From Flavobacteriales bacterium (GTDB lineage: Bacteria; Bacteroidota; Bacteroidia; CAIKAF01): DNA of 64,000 nt. Below are positions 9,913-19,169 of this stretch, piece by piece. Position numbers and translations under genes: made by a program. The notes beneath the pieces were generated by a model. It was not told the origin of the DNA, did not search any database, and saw only the letters and a list, made by a program, of their open reading frames with translations. The number at the start of each line of letters is the position of its first letter. The first letter of the stretch is position 1. Location: the NCBI GenBank assembly GCA_025451235.1, contig JANWKT010000013.1:2260-66259 (forward strand), read 5' to 3'.

Positions 9913-10725
9913 TCAAATAGAATTCACGAGTTCCTTTATGATCAAGGTCATCTTTGGTTCCTGCGCTGCGGCCACTCTTACCACATCTTCATGGGTTACT
10001 TTTACGATCCTTCCTTCTACACCCAGATCGGTAATAATGGAAATGGCAAATACTTTTAAACCGGCATGAACAGCAACAATTACTTCGGGAACCGTGCTCA
10101 TTCCCACCGCATCACCTCCAAGGATCTTCAGCATTTTATATTCTGCAGGCGTTTCTAAACAAGGACCTGATAGGCCCACGTATACTCCTTTGCTTAATTT
10201 GATATTGTTGGCGTTGGCAATTTCAAATGCTTTTTCGATCCAGGATTGATGATAAGCTGCACTCATGTCGGGAAAACGAACACCCAATGCAGGATTGTTT
10301 TGTCCATGTAAAGGACTTTCAGGAAATAAATTGATATGATCGCGGATGACCATGAGCTCGCCGATCTCAAAATTTTCATTCATTCCACCTGCGGCATTGC
10401 TGATGATGAGATTTTTAATTCCAAGTTCTTTCATGACCCTTACCGGAAAAGTAACCTGTTTCAAGTCATACCCTTCGTAATAATGGAACCTGCCTTGCAT
10501 TGCCAATACTTTTTGATTGCCCAGGGTACCATAAATAAGTTGTCCTTTGTGACCCGCCACAGTGGATAATGGAAAGTTGGGAATCTCCTCGTAAGGAATG
10601 GTGACCTCAACATCGATTTCTGAAACCAGGTTACCCAGGCCGCTGCCTAAAATAATACCGGTTTGAACAGGTGCACTAAACTTGTGCTGTAGATAACTGG
10701 AGGCCTGGCGAATTTGCTCTAACAT
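9913..10725 (-). CDS. punA: Purine-nucleoside phosphorylase (trimeric type)
   Basis: GIILGSGLG, GRFHYYEG, NAAGG, ETPAE and GMSTVPE motifs. Confidence 0.95.
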   Translation of the reverse strand: MLEQIRQASSYLQHKFSAPVQTGIILGSGLGNLVSEIDVEVTIPYEEIPNFPLSTVAGHKGQLIYGTLGNQKVLAMQGRFHYYEGYDLKQVTFPVRVMKELGIKNLIISNAAGGMNENFEIGELMVIRDHINLFPESPLHGQNNPALGVRFPDMSAAYHQSWIEKAFEIANANNIKLSKGVYVGLSGPCLETPAEYKMLKILGGDAVGMSTVPEVIVAVHAGLKVFAISIITDLGVEGRIVKVTHEDVVRVAAAQEPKMTLIIKELVNSI

Positions 10726-11779
10726 AATCTAAGATGCCTGATTTAAAGGTTTTGTATTCATCATGGTGGAACCAGGCTTCAATGCTAATAAAAAATATTG
10801 GGATTTCTTTATAAATATCTTTTAAAGATGGATACATCAATCTCATGGCATCCTTTTCGGTAGTCAATACGATTTTATTTTCTCCAGGTATTTTATGGTA
10901 GGCATCCACCATTTTTTGAACATCCACAGGGTTATAAGAATGATGGTCTTTGAAAGCAATATGCTCCACATGCTTGAAACCTTTTTTAAGATGATCTACC
11001 AATGGATCAGGATTGGCAATACCGGTTACCAGGAGTACACTGTAATTTCTTTCGGCATAATAGGTTTTATCGAAAAGACAGGGCTTGCCATCGTCTACCA
11101 AGCTATAGAGCCCCCCATATTTCATATAGGTAAAAAATATTTTTTTCTTTTTCTCCGGATCTATTTTTTCCCTGGCATGTCTTTTTTCCATCGGACTAAA
11201 GAATTCCGGCGTCTTAGTGATAATGATCACATCGGCCCTTTCCATTCCTTTTTTACTTTCACGCAGGTTACCGGCAGGAAGAAAGAAATCTTTCCTGTCG
11301 ATGTCTTTATGATCAATCAATAAAATGGAATGACCTGGCTTTACTGCCCGATGTTGAAACCCATCGTCCATGATCACAACTTTTATTTCGGGATGTGTAT
11401 TGAAAATATGATTGATCCCTTCCACCCGGTCTTTATTTACTACTACCAGGTTATTACTATGTTTGAGTTTGATCTGTTTAGGTTCATCACCCACTTCAGC
11501 AGCCGAATGTTCCACTTTCACTTCGATGAGTTCGGTTGTTTGCCTCTTATAGCCCCGGCTTAATACTGCGGAGCGGATCCTTTCGGCATTGAATAAATCT
11601 ACCAGCATTTCAGTATGGGGCGTTTTACCAGTGCCTCCTGTAGTAAGGTTGCCAACAACGATGACCGGTTTTTCGAATTCTGTGGAGGATAGCTTACCTG
11701 AATCGTACATGCGGTTTCTCATGCCGACCACCGCGCCATAGACGGGTGAAAAGGGTAATAATAGCTTCCTTAACTTCAT
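10676..11779 (-). CDS. lpxK: Tetraacyldisaccharide 4'-kinase
   Basis: VGNLTTGGTGKTP, LSRGYKR, GDEP, DDGFQH, GNLRE and TTEKDA motifs. Confidence 0.95.
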   Translation of the reverse strand: MKLRKLLLPFSPVYGAVVGMRNRMYDSGKLSSTEFEKPVIVVGNLTTGGTGKTPHTEMLVDLFNAERIRSAVLSRGYKRQTTELIEVKVEHSAAEVGDEPKQIKLKHSNNLVVVNKDRVEGINHIFNTHPEIKVVIMDDGFQHRAVKPGHSILLIDHKDIDRKDFFLPAGNLRESKKGMERADVIIITKTPEFFSPMEKRHAREKIDPEKKKKIFFTYMKYGGLYSLVDDGKPCLFDKTYYAERNYSVLLVTGIANPDPLVDHLKKGFKHVEHIAFKDHHSYNPVDVQKMVDAYHKIPGENKIVLTTEKDAMRLMYPSLKDIYKEIPIFFISIEAWFHHDEYKTFKSGILDYVRANSPGLQLSTAQV

Positions 11780-11947
11780 GCTTGGCAGGTATAGCTCAAA
11801 ATAAGCTATAATATTAAACGAGAGGGTTTACCAAAAGTTTAACTTTTCAAATCTAATATGTTAATAAGGCAGCACCAAGCAATCAGCATTATAATTTCAT
11901 TAAATCATTTAGCTAATATTTTATCGCAAGAGACACCCCTTTGGGGT

Positions 11948-12030
11948 GGTTCAGGGTTCAATTGGTTCAAAGTTCAAAAGGGCCCAGGAAGCTCACCCAT
12001 CCGCTTAGGCAACTTTGAATCTTGAACTTT
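11948..12030. repeat. Inverted arrays of GTTCAA(A/G)-type short tandem repeats
   Basis: ggttcagggttcaattggttcaaagttcaaaag ... aactttgaatcttgaacttt; same unit as 47839-47927. Confidence 0.75.
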
Positions 12031-12101
12031 ACGATCCATGGCTCGGCTTTAGCAACTCAGGTCAAAAAATATATACTTTTAGACCTGAAATTGTAGCCTG
12101 T

Positions 12102-13193
12102 ATGAAAGTAAAAGACATCGTTGCTTATCTTGAAAGCATTGCCCCACCGGCATATCAGGAGGATTATGATAATTCCGGATTGCTGACTTCTCATGACCAT
12201 GAGATCAAAGGGATCCTGGTATCCTTGGATTGTACTGAACTTGTCATTGAGGAGGCGATAGAGAAGGGCTGTAATATGGTGGTGGCCCATCATCCCATTG
12301 TATTCAGGGGGCTTAAACGTTTTACCGGCAAAAATTATGTGGAGAGGACCCTGATGAAAGCTATTAAACATGATATTGCCATCTATGCTATCCATACCAA
12401 CCTGGACAATGTAAGCAATGGAGTAAATGCCAGAATATCAGAGATCTTGGGTCTTCAAGAGGGGCGGATACTGAGTCCTAAAAAAGGGACCTTGTCTAAA
12501 TTATTCACTTTTGTTCCTAAGAATTCAGCAGATCAGGTGAGGTCGGCTCTTTTTGAGGCGGGTGCCGGAAACATAGGGAATTATGATGAATGTAGCTATA
12601 ACGTGGACGGTTGGGGTACTTTTAAGGCAGGCGAATTGGCTAACCCCCACGTAGGTAAGGTGAACCTGCAACATCAGGAACCGGAAGTGAAGATCGAAGT
12701 AATTTTTCCAACCCATTTACAATCGACCCTGGTGAAAGCATTGAAACAAGCCCATCCTTACGAGGAGGTGGCCTTTGATATTATCGGTTTATTGAATGAG
12801 AATGGGGAAATAGGGAGTGGAATGATCGGGAAGCTGCCTAAGCCGGAACCCATTGAGGATTTTCTAAAGAGGGTGAAGAAGGCCTTTGGATGCGGTGTGA
12901 TCAGGTACTCGGGCACGAAAACCGGGAATGTGGAAAAAGTGGCTGTATGCGGGGGAGCCGGCTTTTTTCTTTTGCCTGCCGCTATGGGGGCTGGGGCGGA
13001 TGTGTTTTTAACCGGAGACATTAAATACCATGAGTTTTTTGATGCGGAAGATAAGATCGTCCTGGCCGATATCGGGCACTTTGAAAGTGAGCAATTTACG
13101 ATGGACCTATTGGTAGAGGGACTAAAGAAAAAATTTATTACCTTTGCCGTCCTTAAAGTAACTACAAATACAAATCCAGTAAAATACCTTTAA
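12102..13193 (+). CDS. Nif3-like dinuclear metal center hexameric protein
   Basis: YDNSGL, AHHPIVF, IHTNLD, AHPYEEVAFD and GHFESE motifs. Confidence 0.95.
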   Translation: MKVKDIVAYLESIAPPAYQEDYDNSGLLTSHDHEIKGILVSLDCTELVIEEAIEKGCNMVVAHHPIVFRGLKRFTGKNYVERTLMKAIKHDIAIYAIHTNLDNVSNGVNARISEILGLQEGRILSPKKGTLSKLFTFVPKNSADQVRSALFEAGAGNIGNYDECSYNVDGWGTFKAGELANPHVGKVNLQHQEPEVKIEVIFPTHLQSTLVKALKQAHPYEEVAFDIIGLLNENGEIGSGMIGKLPKPEPIEDFLKRVKKAFGCGVIRYSGTKTGNVEKVAVCGGAGFFLLPAAMGAGADVFLTGDIKYHEFFDAEDKIVLADIGHFESEQFTMDLLVEGLKKKFITFAVLKVTTNTNPVKYL

Positions 13194-13194
13194 T

Positions 13195-13983
13195 ATGGCT
13201 AAGAAAGAGGCAACCGCTACAAAGGAACTTACAGTAGAACAAAAATTACGTGCTTTATATGATCTGCAGTTGGTAGACAGCCGTATTGATAAAATCAGGA
13301 CCATTCGTGGTGAGCTTCCGTTGGAAGTTCAGGATCTGGAAGATGAGATTGCAGGGTTGGATACCAGGATCCAAAAACAAAAACAGGAATTGACCAACCA
13401 GGAAAATGAGATCGTGGGGAAGAAAGCTGCGATTAAAGAATCACAGGCCTTGATCAAAAAATACGAATCACAACAACAAAATGTTCGTAACAACCGTGAG
13501 TTTGATTCATTGTCAAAAGAAATGGAATTCCAGAACCTGGAAATTCAGTTAGCGGAAAAAAGGATCAAAGAATTTAAATTTAAAATTGAAGGAGTAAAAG
13601 CTGCCATTGATGAGCTTACTAAAAAATACGATGATCGTAAAAGCGATTTGAAACATAAAAAATCAGAACTGGACGATATCATTGAAGAAACAAAAAAGGA
13701 AGAAGATAGCCTACAAAAACTATCCAACGATTTTGAAAAAAATATAGAGGACAGATATTTATCTGCCTATAAAAGGATCCGCCATAATTCTTTTAACGGA
13801 TTAGCAGTGGTGCCTGTAGAGCGTGATAGCTGTGGAGGTTGTTTCAATAAGATCCCACCGCAAAGACAATTGGACATTGCTCAGCGTAAGAAGATCATTG
13901 TTTGCGAACATTGTGGAAGGGTATTGGTGGATTTGGTATTAGCTTCTGAAGAGCAAGAGAAGATTGATAAAAAGATCAAATAG
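13195..13983 (+). CDS. Coiled-coil protein with C4 zinc ribbon (DUF164 family)
   Basis: Long coiled coil; CGGCF...CEHCGR; usual Bacteroidota partner of Nif3. Confidence 0.9.
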   Translation: MAKKEATATKELTVEQKLRALYDLQLVDSRIDKIRTIRGELPLEVQDLEDEIAGLDTRIQKQKQELTNQENEIVGKKAAIKESQALIKKYESQQQNVRNNREFDSLSKEMEFQNLEIQLAEKRIKEFKFKIEGVKAAIDELTKKYDDRKSDLKHKKSELDDIIEETKKEEDSLQKLSNDFEKNIEDRYLSAYKRIRHNSFNGLAVVPVERDSCGGCFNKIPPQRQLDIAQRKKIIVCEHCGRVLVDLVLASEEQEKIDKKIK

Positions 13984-14000
13984 TTTTTTTTAAATATTTG

Positions 14001-14030
14001 AAGAGCCTCAACATTCGTTGGGGCTTTTTT
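14001..14030 (+). terminator. Rho-independent terminator (probably bidirectional)
   Basis: agcctcaac-attc-gttggggct followed by a T run, between convergent genes. Confidence 0.8.
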
Positions 14031-14045
14031 ATTTGTAGGGCTCCT

Positions 14046-15005
14046 CTAAGGAGTCATATGAGTAATCTTTTGGCTGTGAAGCCTGTGGTTAGAAGTATCC
14101 AGGATTTCGACGATATAAACCCCCGAACTGAAATTTGAAATATCAATGGTTGATTGATTTTTAACTTGAAGGATCTCCTGACCTAACATATTATAAACTT
14201 TTATTTGGTAATCATCCTCCCATTTTTCCAATCCTTTGATATAAACTTTGTGATCCACTGGGCTCACAAATATGGTAAACGTAGGTTTATCATCGGCCTC
14301 TTCAACGTCAACAGAATAGACGTCTCGACACATTAAGGAGATTTCAGCATCACTCACTACCCGGTTATAAAGCCTTATGTCATCCAGGTCTCCATTCAGA
14401 AAACAATCATTGCCATAGGTGTATCTGCCAAAAGTGAGTGGATAATTAACAGAAATATCTGGATTCACACTATTTGTTACATAATCTTGAATCAGATGGC
14501 AATCTACATAAAGCATCCAATGGGTTATATTTACAACCGCCACCAAGTGGTGCCATTCTCCATCGTTGTATTGGTTGGATGAAGGAGCTGGAGCATGGCC
14601 TACTCCCGTTTGGTCACGTCCATGAAAATAGATTTGTCCATTGATCATTCTGATATAAAAACCTGCATCCATGGTCCAATTATATTTTTCGGCCAACTCG
14701 AAACTTCCTGATCCACTCACCCTAAACCAAAAGCTGAGAGACATTTTGTCAACATAACCCCGGGTATTGTTACCTGCATCCATATAATCCGATTGGATTG
14801 AATTAAAATGCATACCCGTGTTGGGTGTGCCTGAGTAACCATTTGTAGAAGTAGCTCCATGGTTGGTTCCATTGATAGAGGTTACACTGAGGTCATTGGT
14901 GTTTCCATCCAAAGGGAAATAACCGGTTAGTCCATTTGTAAGGTTCACTTGACTATGTATCCATAAATTTCCGAATAGAAATATACTGAAAAGTACCTTT
15001 TTCAT
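14046..15005 (-). CDS. LamG/concanavalin A-like jelly-roll protein with T9SS sorting domain
   Basis: GLTGYFPLDGN, DGEWHHLV and LNGDLDDIRLYNR motifs; CTD VYNMLGQ...SSGVYIV. Confidence 0.88.
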   Translation of the reverse strand: MKKVLFSIFLFGNLWIHSQVNLTNGLTGYFPLDGNTNDLSVTSINGTNHGATSTNGYSGTPNTGMHFNSIQSDYMDAGNNTRGYVDKMSLSFWFRVSGSGSFELAEKYNWTMDAGFYIRMINGQIYFHGRDQTGVGHAPAPSSNQYNDGEWHHLVAVVNITHWMLYVDCHLIQDYVTNSVNPDISVNYPLTFGRYTYGNDCFLNGDLDDIRLYNRVVSDAEISLMCRDVYSVDVEEADDKPTFTIFVSPVDHKVYIKGLEKWEDDYQIKVYNMLGQEILQVKNQSTIDISNFSSGVYIVEILDTSNHRLHSQKITHMTP

Positions 15006-15068
15006 ATCAACAACACCTTAATTTTTTTGTTTAAAGTTATGGAAATAAAATCATATCCAGAATAGGTA

Positions 15069-15103
15069 AAAACACCTATATCACTCCGTGAAAACACCTA
15101 TAT
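15069..15103 (-). promoter_or_regulatory. 13-bp perfect direct repeat with 22-bp period upstream of the LamG gene; putative transcription-factor site
   Basis: AAAACACCTATAT at 15069-15081 and 15091-15103. Confidence 0.5.
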
Positions 15104-15807
15104 TATTTGATGAGCTTCTTTTGATCTTCCGTTAAATTGCTATAAGTAATATTGCCCCAACCCTTGGCAATGATCCTTTCTTTATTCGTGCTCTTCACTA
15201 ATAAGTAGGTAACATCTTCGGTATGTACCTTACCGGCATATATATTATAGAATTCCTTCACCTTCAAGTGGATCTTGAGCTCTGAGTTTTCCTGAGCAAC
15301 GGCTTCATAAGAAACCCCAAAGCATGAAATGGGGCCGTAGATAGTATTGAGAATGGTATCTGTTGCAATGCAGGTCATGGTGGAGGCATAACCACCGAAA
15401 GATGATTTCCATGAAGTGCCTACTTTCAACGGGAGCTTAATGGCTTGCGTTTTTTTCCCTTTCTCCTGTTCTGATTTTTCAGTCCACCACGACATTCCCT
15501 TTGAATCAAGGGTTAGATAGCTTGGTCTGGCATCCAGAAACTTACCTGATTCATTATCAAAAATGGCTAAAAAAAACGACAGGACCCCTTCTTTTTCGGG
15601 ATTGTCCTTTACCGTATATTTAATATTCTGGGTCTTTTGACCTGTTGGGAAATTATATTGGTCGTATTCAATGGTTGTATCGGTCATGGTAAATTCATAG
15701 CCGTTCTTATAGGGGAACTCAAGTTTTTTGATAGAAGTTACCTGGGCACTAAGACCTGAAACACCGATGATTAAAAATATTAATAAGGCAGAGGTTGGAT
15801 TATTCAT
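15103..15807 (-). CDS. Exported hypothetical protein
   Basis: 234-aa ORF with a signal peptide; LPLKVGTSW and a beta-rich C-terminus. Confidence 0.7.
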   Translation of the reverse strand: MNNPTSALLIFLIIGVSGLSAQVTSIKKLEFPYKNGYEFTMTDTTIEYDQYNFPTGQKTQNIKYTVKDNPEKEGVLSFFLAIFDNESGKFLDARPSYLTLDSKGMSWWTEKSEQEKGKKTQAIKLPLKVGTSWKSSFGGYASTMTCIATDTILNTIYGPISCFGVSYEAVAQENSELKIHLKVKEFYNIYAGKVHTEDVTYLLVKSTNKERIIAKGWGNITYSNLTEDQKKLIK

Positions 15808-15848
15808 AAATCACGGTAATTTTGGTTAGTTCAAATATATATAATCTT

Positions 15849-18800
15849 ATGAAATCAAAACTTGTTTTTCTTGCTTTTCTAACCTGTTTTCTTCCTTCGA
15901 TTGTTTTTGGTCAAACTAACAATTGCGAAGACGTTAATCCAAACTCAGGTAAATTGATAGAAAAAGGAATTGAAGCTTATGAAAAAGAAGCTTACGATGA
16001 AGCAATCGGTTATTTTATCAGGATTTTTCCAGGAGATACCAATTATGCCACCGCTCAGTATGAGTTAGGAATGACCTATGGTGCCAAGAAGGATTACCTG
16101 AAAGAAGAGCAAATTGCACGACAGTTACTAAAAGAAAATAAGGGAAATGCCATCCAAAATTATAATATGCTGGGCAATGCATTGGATGATCAGGAAAAAA
16201 GCGAAGAGGCTTTGTTAGTATACGACGAAGGGATAGCCAAGTACCCTAACAATTATTTGATTATTTATAACAAGGGGCTCAGCTTGTTCAGAGCTAAAAA
16301 ATATGTAGAAGCCGAAAAAACGTTGATCAGGTCAGCTGGGCTGAACCCTTTTCATCAGGGATCGCATTATTTTATCGGGCTCATTAATCTTATGGGGAAG
16401 AGGTATGTGCAAGGCATGATGGCTATGCAATATGCATTGTTATTAAATAACCAAACTACCAAGTACAATTATGGGATCAAGTATATAGATGAATCAAGTA
16501 TCCTTCAGTTTCCTACTGCTGAGGATGAGATCAAGCTACCTGATAACATTGAATCGGCCGGAGATTATGCTACCGTGAACGAAATTTATGTATCCCTGCT
16601 GGCATTAAATGCTAAATACAAACCCAAAAAACTACCGAACTTAAGATTGGTAAGACAGATGTCTATTTTCTTCGACAATATTGAAAGTATCAATCCAACC
16701 GATCAAACTTTTTATACCACCTATTATTTGCCTTTTTATAAGAAAGTGAAAAGTAAAAAATTATCCAGATGCTTTTTTGCTCAACTTCTTTCTAATATTA
16801 ATACTCCTGAAATGGAGAAATTTGTAGCCAGCGAAAAAGGGAATGCTGCGAAGTTTACAGAGGCATATGGGGAATTCCTCCGTGAAACCGGATCAAAAAC
16901 TTTGATCAAGCAAAAAGACAAAGAATTGATGTGCCGGTTGGAGTATTATGAAAGAGGCGGTGTGAAGTTTGCCTACGAGTTGAACGAGAGTAGAACGGAA
17001 ATTACTGATAATGGAGTAGTGCTTAGTTTTTATGAGAGTGGATCTTTGTCAAATGAGCTTGGTATCGTAAGTGGTAAACTTCAAGGTGAAAGCCGATCGT
17101 TTCGAAAAGACGGCAGCCTGTTTGAAGTTTCAACCTTGGTGGATGCAAAGGAAGAAGGACCCAGCACGGAATATTATTCAACAGGAGAAGTGCTGGCTAC
17201 GAAAAGCTACAAGTCGGGAGAATTGCATGGAGAGGTAAAAATTTTCTACCCCGATGGTAAATTGAAAATGGTTTACAATATGAACAATGGAATTAAGAAT
17301 GGTCCCGAAAAATATTATTATAACGACGGAAAGCTGGCTGACGAGCTTGCCTACCTGAATGGTAATTATGATGGCCCGATCAAGTCATATTACCACAACG
17401 GCAAACTAGAATACGATTATAGCTATAAAAATGGAACTCTTGAAGGGGATTTTAAAAGTTATTATCCCAATGGAAATGTAAAAGAAGAAAAGAAATTTGT
17501 GGATGGATCGATCGTTGGTAAGTACGCCGAGTACTATTCTAACGGCAAAGTGAAGCAAGAAGGAGTTTTCGACGAGAAATACAAAAGAACCGGAGTTTGG
17601 AAGGAGTATTTTTATAATGGGATCCTGAAGAATGAGTATACCTATATGAATGGTGAAAAGCAGGGCAAAGGCGTTGAATATGCCAGGGACGGAAAAAAAC
17701 ATTATGAATATGAATATGTGGGAGGGAATTATACCAGTATGAAATTTTATGGAGAAAATGGTGAAGTGATTGGGGACTATAAAGAGGACAAAAACGTTTT
17801 GAAGTATACATTTACAACCATTGAGGGAATCAAAGTATTTGATGGTTCTTTGAAGAACGGAAAACGTGACGGACAATGGACTACCTATTTTACCAGTACC
17901 AAAGGAGTTTTAAGAACGATTCCCTATAAAAACGGACTGGAAGAAGGGCAATGGATGGATTATTATGCGGATGGCGTGATCAAAGGTAACTATGCTTATA
18001 AAGCAGGTGTACAAGAGGGCACGGCCATTGTTTATTATCCAGATGGAGAAACCATGAAGACTTATAGCTGTTGTACAGACGATAAGATCTGTGGAAACTT
18101 TGTGGGCTATTTTCCAAATGGAGATAAAAAATACGAATTGTATTACCTGGATGGTTATGGTAATGGACCACTAAGAAGGTATGACTTGCTGAACAGGACT
18201 TATCAGGTGGAAGGTTATACAGATGATGTAGTATCCTCTGAGCATTGTTATGATACATTGGGCCGAGAGATATTTGTCATTAAAAGTACGGAGGGCCTGG
18301 TGCCTTTTGAAAGGAAATATCCCAATGGAAAGATCCGTGGAAAAGGTACATATTTGAATGGTGAGTTGCACGACAGCCTTATTTATTATTATCCGGATGG
18401 AAAACTAAGATCTACTGCCTATTATGAAAACGGCAAAAGGGAGGGCAAACTCATGATTTATAATCATTTGGGAGTTAAGATTGAAGACAGAACTTATGAA
18501 AATGATGAGTTGGAAGGAAGCCTCACCGTTTACTACAGCAATGGAAAAGTATCCAATGTTTATAATTATATGAGTGGACAGGAATACGGGTTTACACAAT
18601 ATTATTATCCCAACGGAATAAAAGAATTTGAGATAGAGAAGGAGGACGGTCAGCGCCAAGGGTGGGGTAGCTGGTTTGATGAAACCGGAAGTGAAGGCCT
18701 TAAAATGTTATATTATGACAATGCACCTGCCCAATATACCTATAAGGATAAATCATCAAAATGGATCAACAAAATTACTCTCCAGGAAAACGGAGGAAAA

Positions 18801-19169
18801 GTATTGGCTTATCATGCCAATGGTAAAAAGTTTTATGAAACAACTTATGCCGGAAACGAACAGAGTGGCACCTCCACCATGTATTTCTCCAACGGAAATG
18901 TTTATAAATCTGTGGTTTTCTTGAATGGAGTATTTAATGGTCCTCGTAAAGTATATTATTCAAACGGTAAAATGGCTGAAAGTGAAAATTATTGGATGGA
19001 TGAGCTGCACGGTATCCAAAAATACTATGGCGAAAATGGAAACATACTAACGGAACTGTCGTTTGAATTTGGTAATTTGAACGGACCGTGTAAGTATTAT
19101 AGTGCCAGTGGGAAACTTCTTTATACATGTATATTTTATCAGGATGAGGTGGTTGACGTTATATATTAA
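15849..19169 (+). CDS. Exported TPR + MORN-variant (YwqK-like) repeat protein
   Basis: Signal peptide, about 5 TPRs, then about 25-30 YYxNGK-type repeats with a ~24-aa period. Confidence 0.88.
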   Translation: MKSKLVFLAFLTCFLPSIVFGQTNNCEDVNPNSGKLIEKGIEAYEKEAYDEAIGYFIRIFPGDTNYATAQYELGMTYGAKKDYLKEEQIARQLLKENKGNAIQNYNMLGNALDDQEKSEEALLVYDEGIAKYPNNYLIIYNKGLSLFRAKKYVEAEKTLIRSAGLNPFHQGSHYFIGLINLMGKRYVQGMMAMQYALLLNNQTTKYNYGIKYIDESSILQFPTAEDEIKLPDNIESAGDYATVNEIYVSLLALNAKYKPKKLPNLRLVRQMSIFFDNIESINPTDQTFYTTYYLPFYKKVKSKKLSRCFFAQLLSNINTPEMEKFVASEKGNAAKFTEAYGEFLRETGSKTLIKQKDKELMCRLEYYERGGVKFAYELNESRTEITDNGVVLSFYESGSLSNELGIVSGKLQGESRSFRKDGSLFEVSTLVDAKEEGPSTEYYSTGEVLATKSYKSGELHGEVKIFYPDGKLKMVYNMNNGIKNGPEKYYYNDGKLADELAYLNGNYDGPIKSYYHNGKLEYDYSYKNGTLEGDFKSYYPNGNVKEEKKFVDGSIVGKYAEYYSNGKVKQEGVFDEKYKRTGVWKEYFYNGILKNEYTYMNGEKQGKGVEYARDGKKHYEYEYVGGNYTSMKFYGENGEVIGDYKEDKNVLKYTFTTIEGIKVFDGSLKNGKRDGQWTTYFTSTKGVLRTIPYKNGLEEGQWMDYYADGVIKGNYAYKAGVQEGTAIVYYPDGETMKTYSCCTDDKICGNFVGYFPNGDKKYELYYLDGYGNGPLRRYDLLNRTYQVEGYTDDVVSSEHCYDTLGREIFVIKSTEGLVPFERKYPNGKIRGKGTYLNGELHDSLIYYYPDGKLRSTAYYENGKREGKLMIYNHLGVKIEDRTYENDELEGSLTVYYSNGKVSNVYNYMSGQEYGFTQYYYPNGIKEFEIEKEDGQRQGWGSWFDETGSEGLKMLYYDNAPAQYTYKDKSSKWINKITLQENGGKVLAYHANGKKFYETTYAGNEQSGTSTMYFSNGNVYKSVVFLNGVFNGPRKVYYSNGKMAESENYWMDELHGIQKYYGENGNILTELSFEFGNLNGPCKYYSASGKLLYTCIFYQDEVVDVIY

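Noticed and set aside
15849-19169. 'YwqK antitoxin' toxin-antitoxin interpretation (also for 47948-49333)
   Set aside because: The similarity comes only from MORN-variant repeats. Both proteins have signal peptides and no toxin gene is adjacent.
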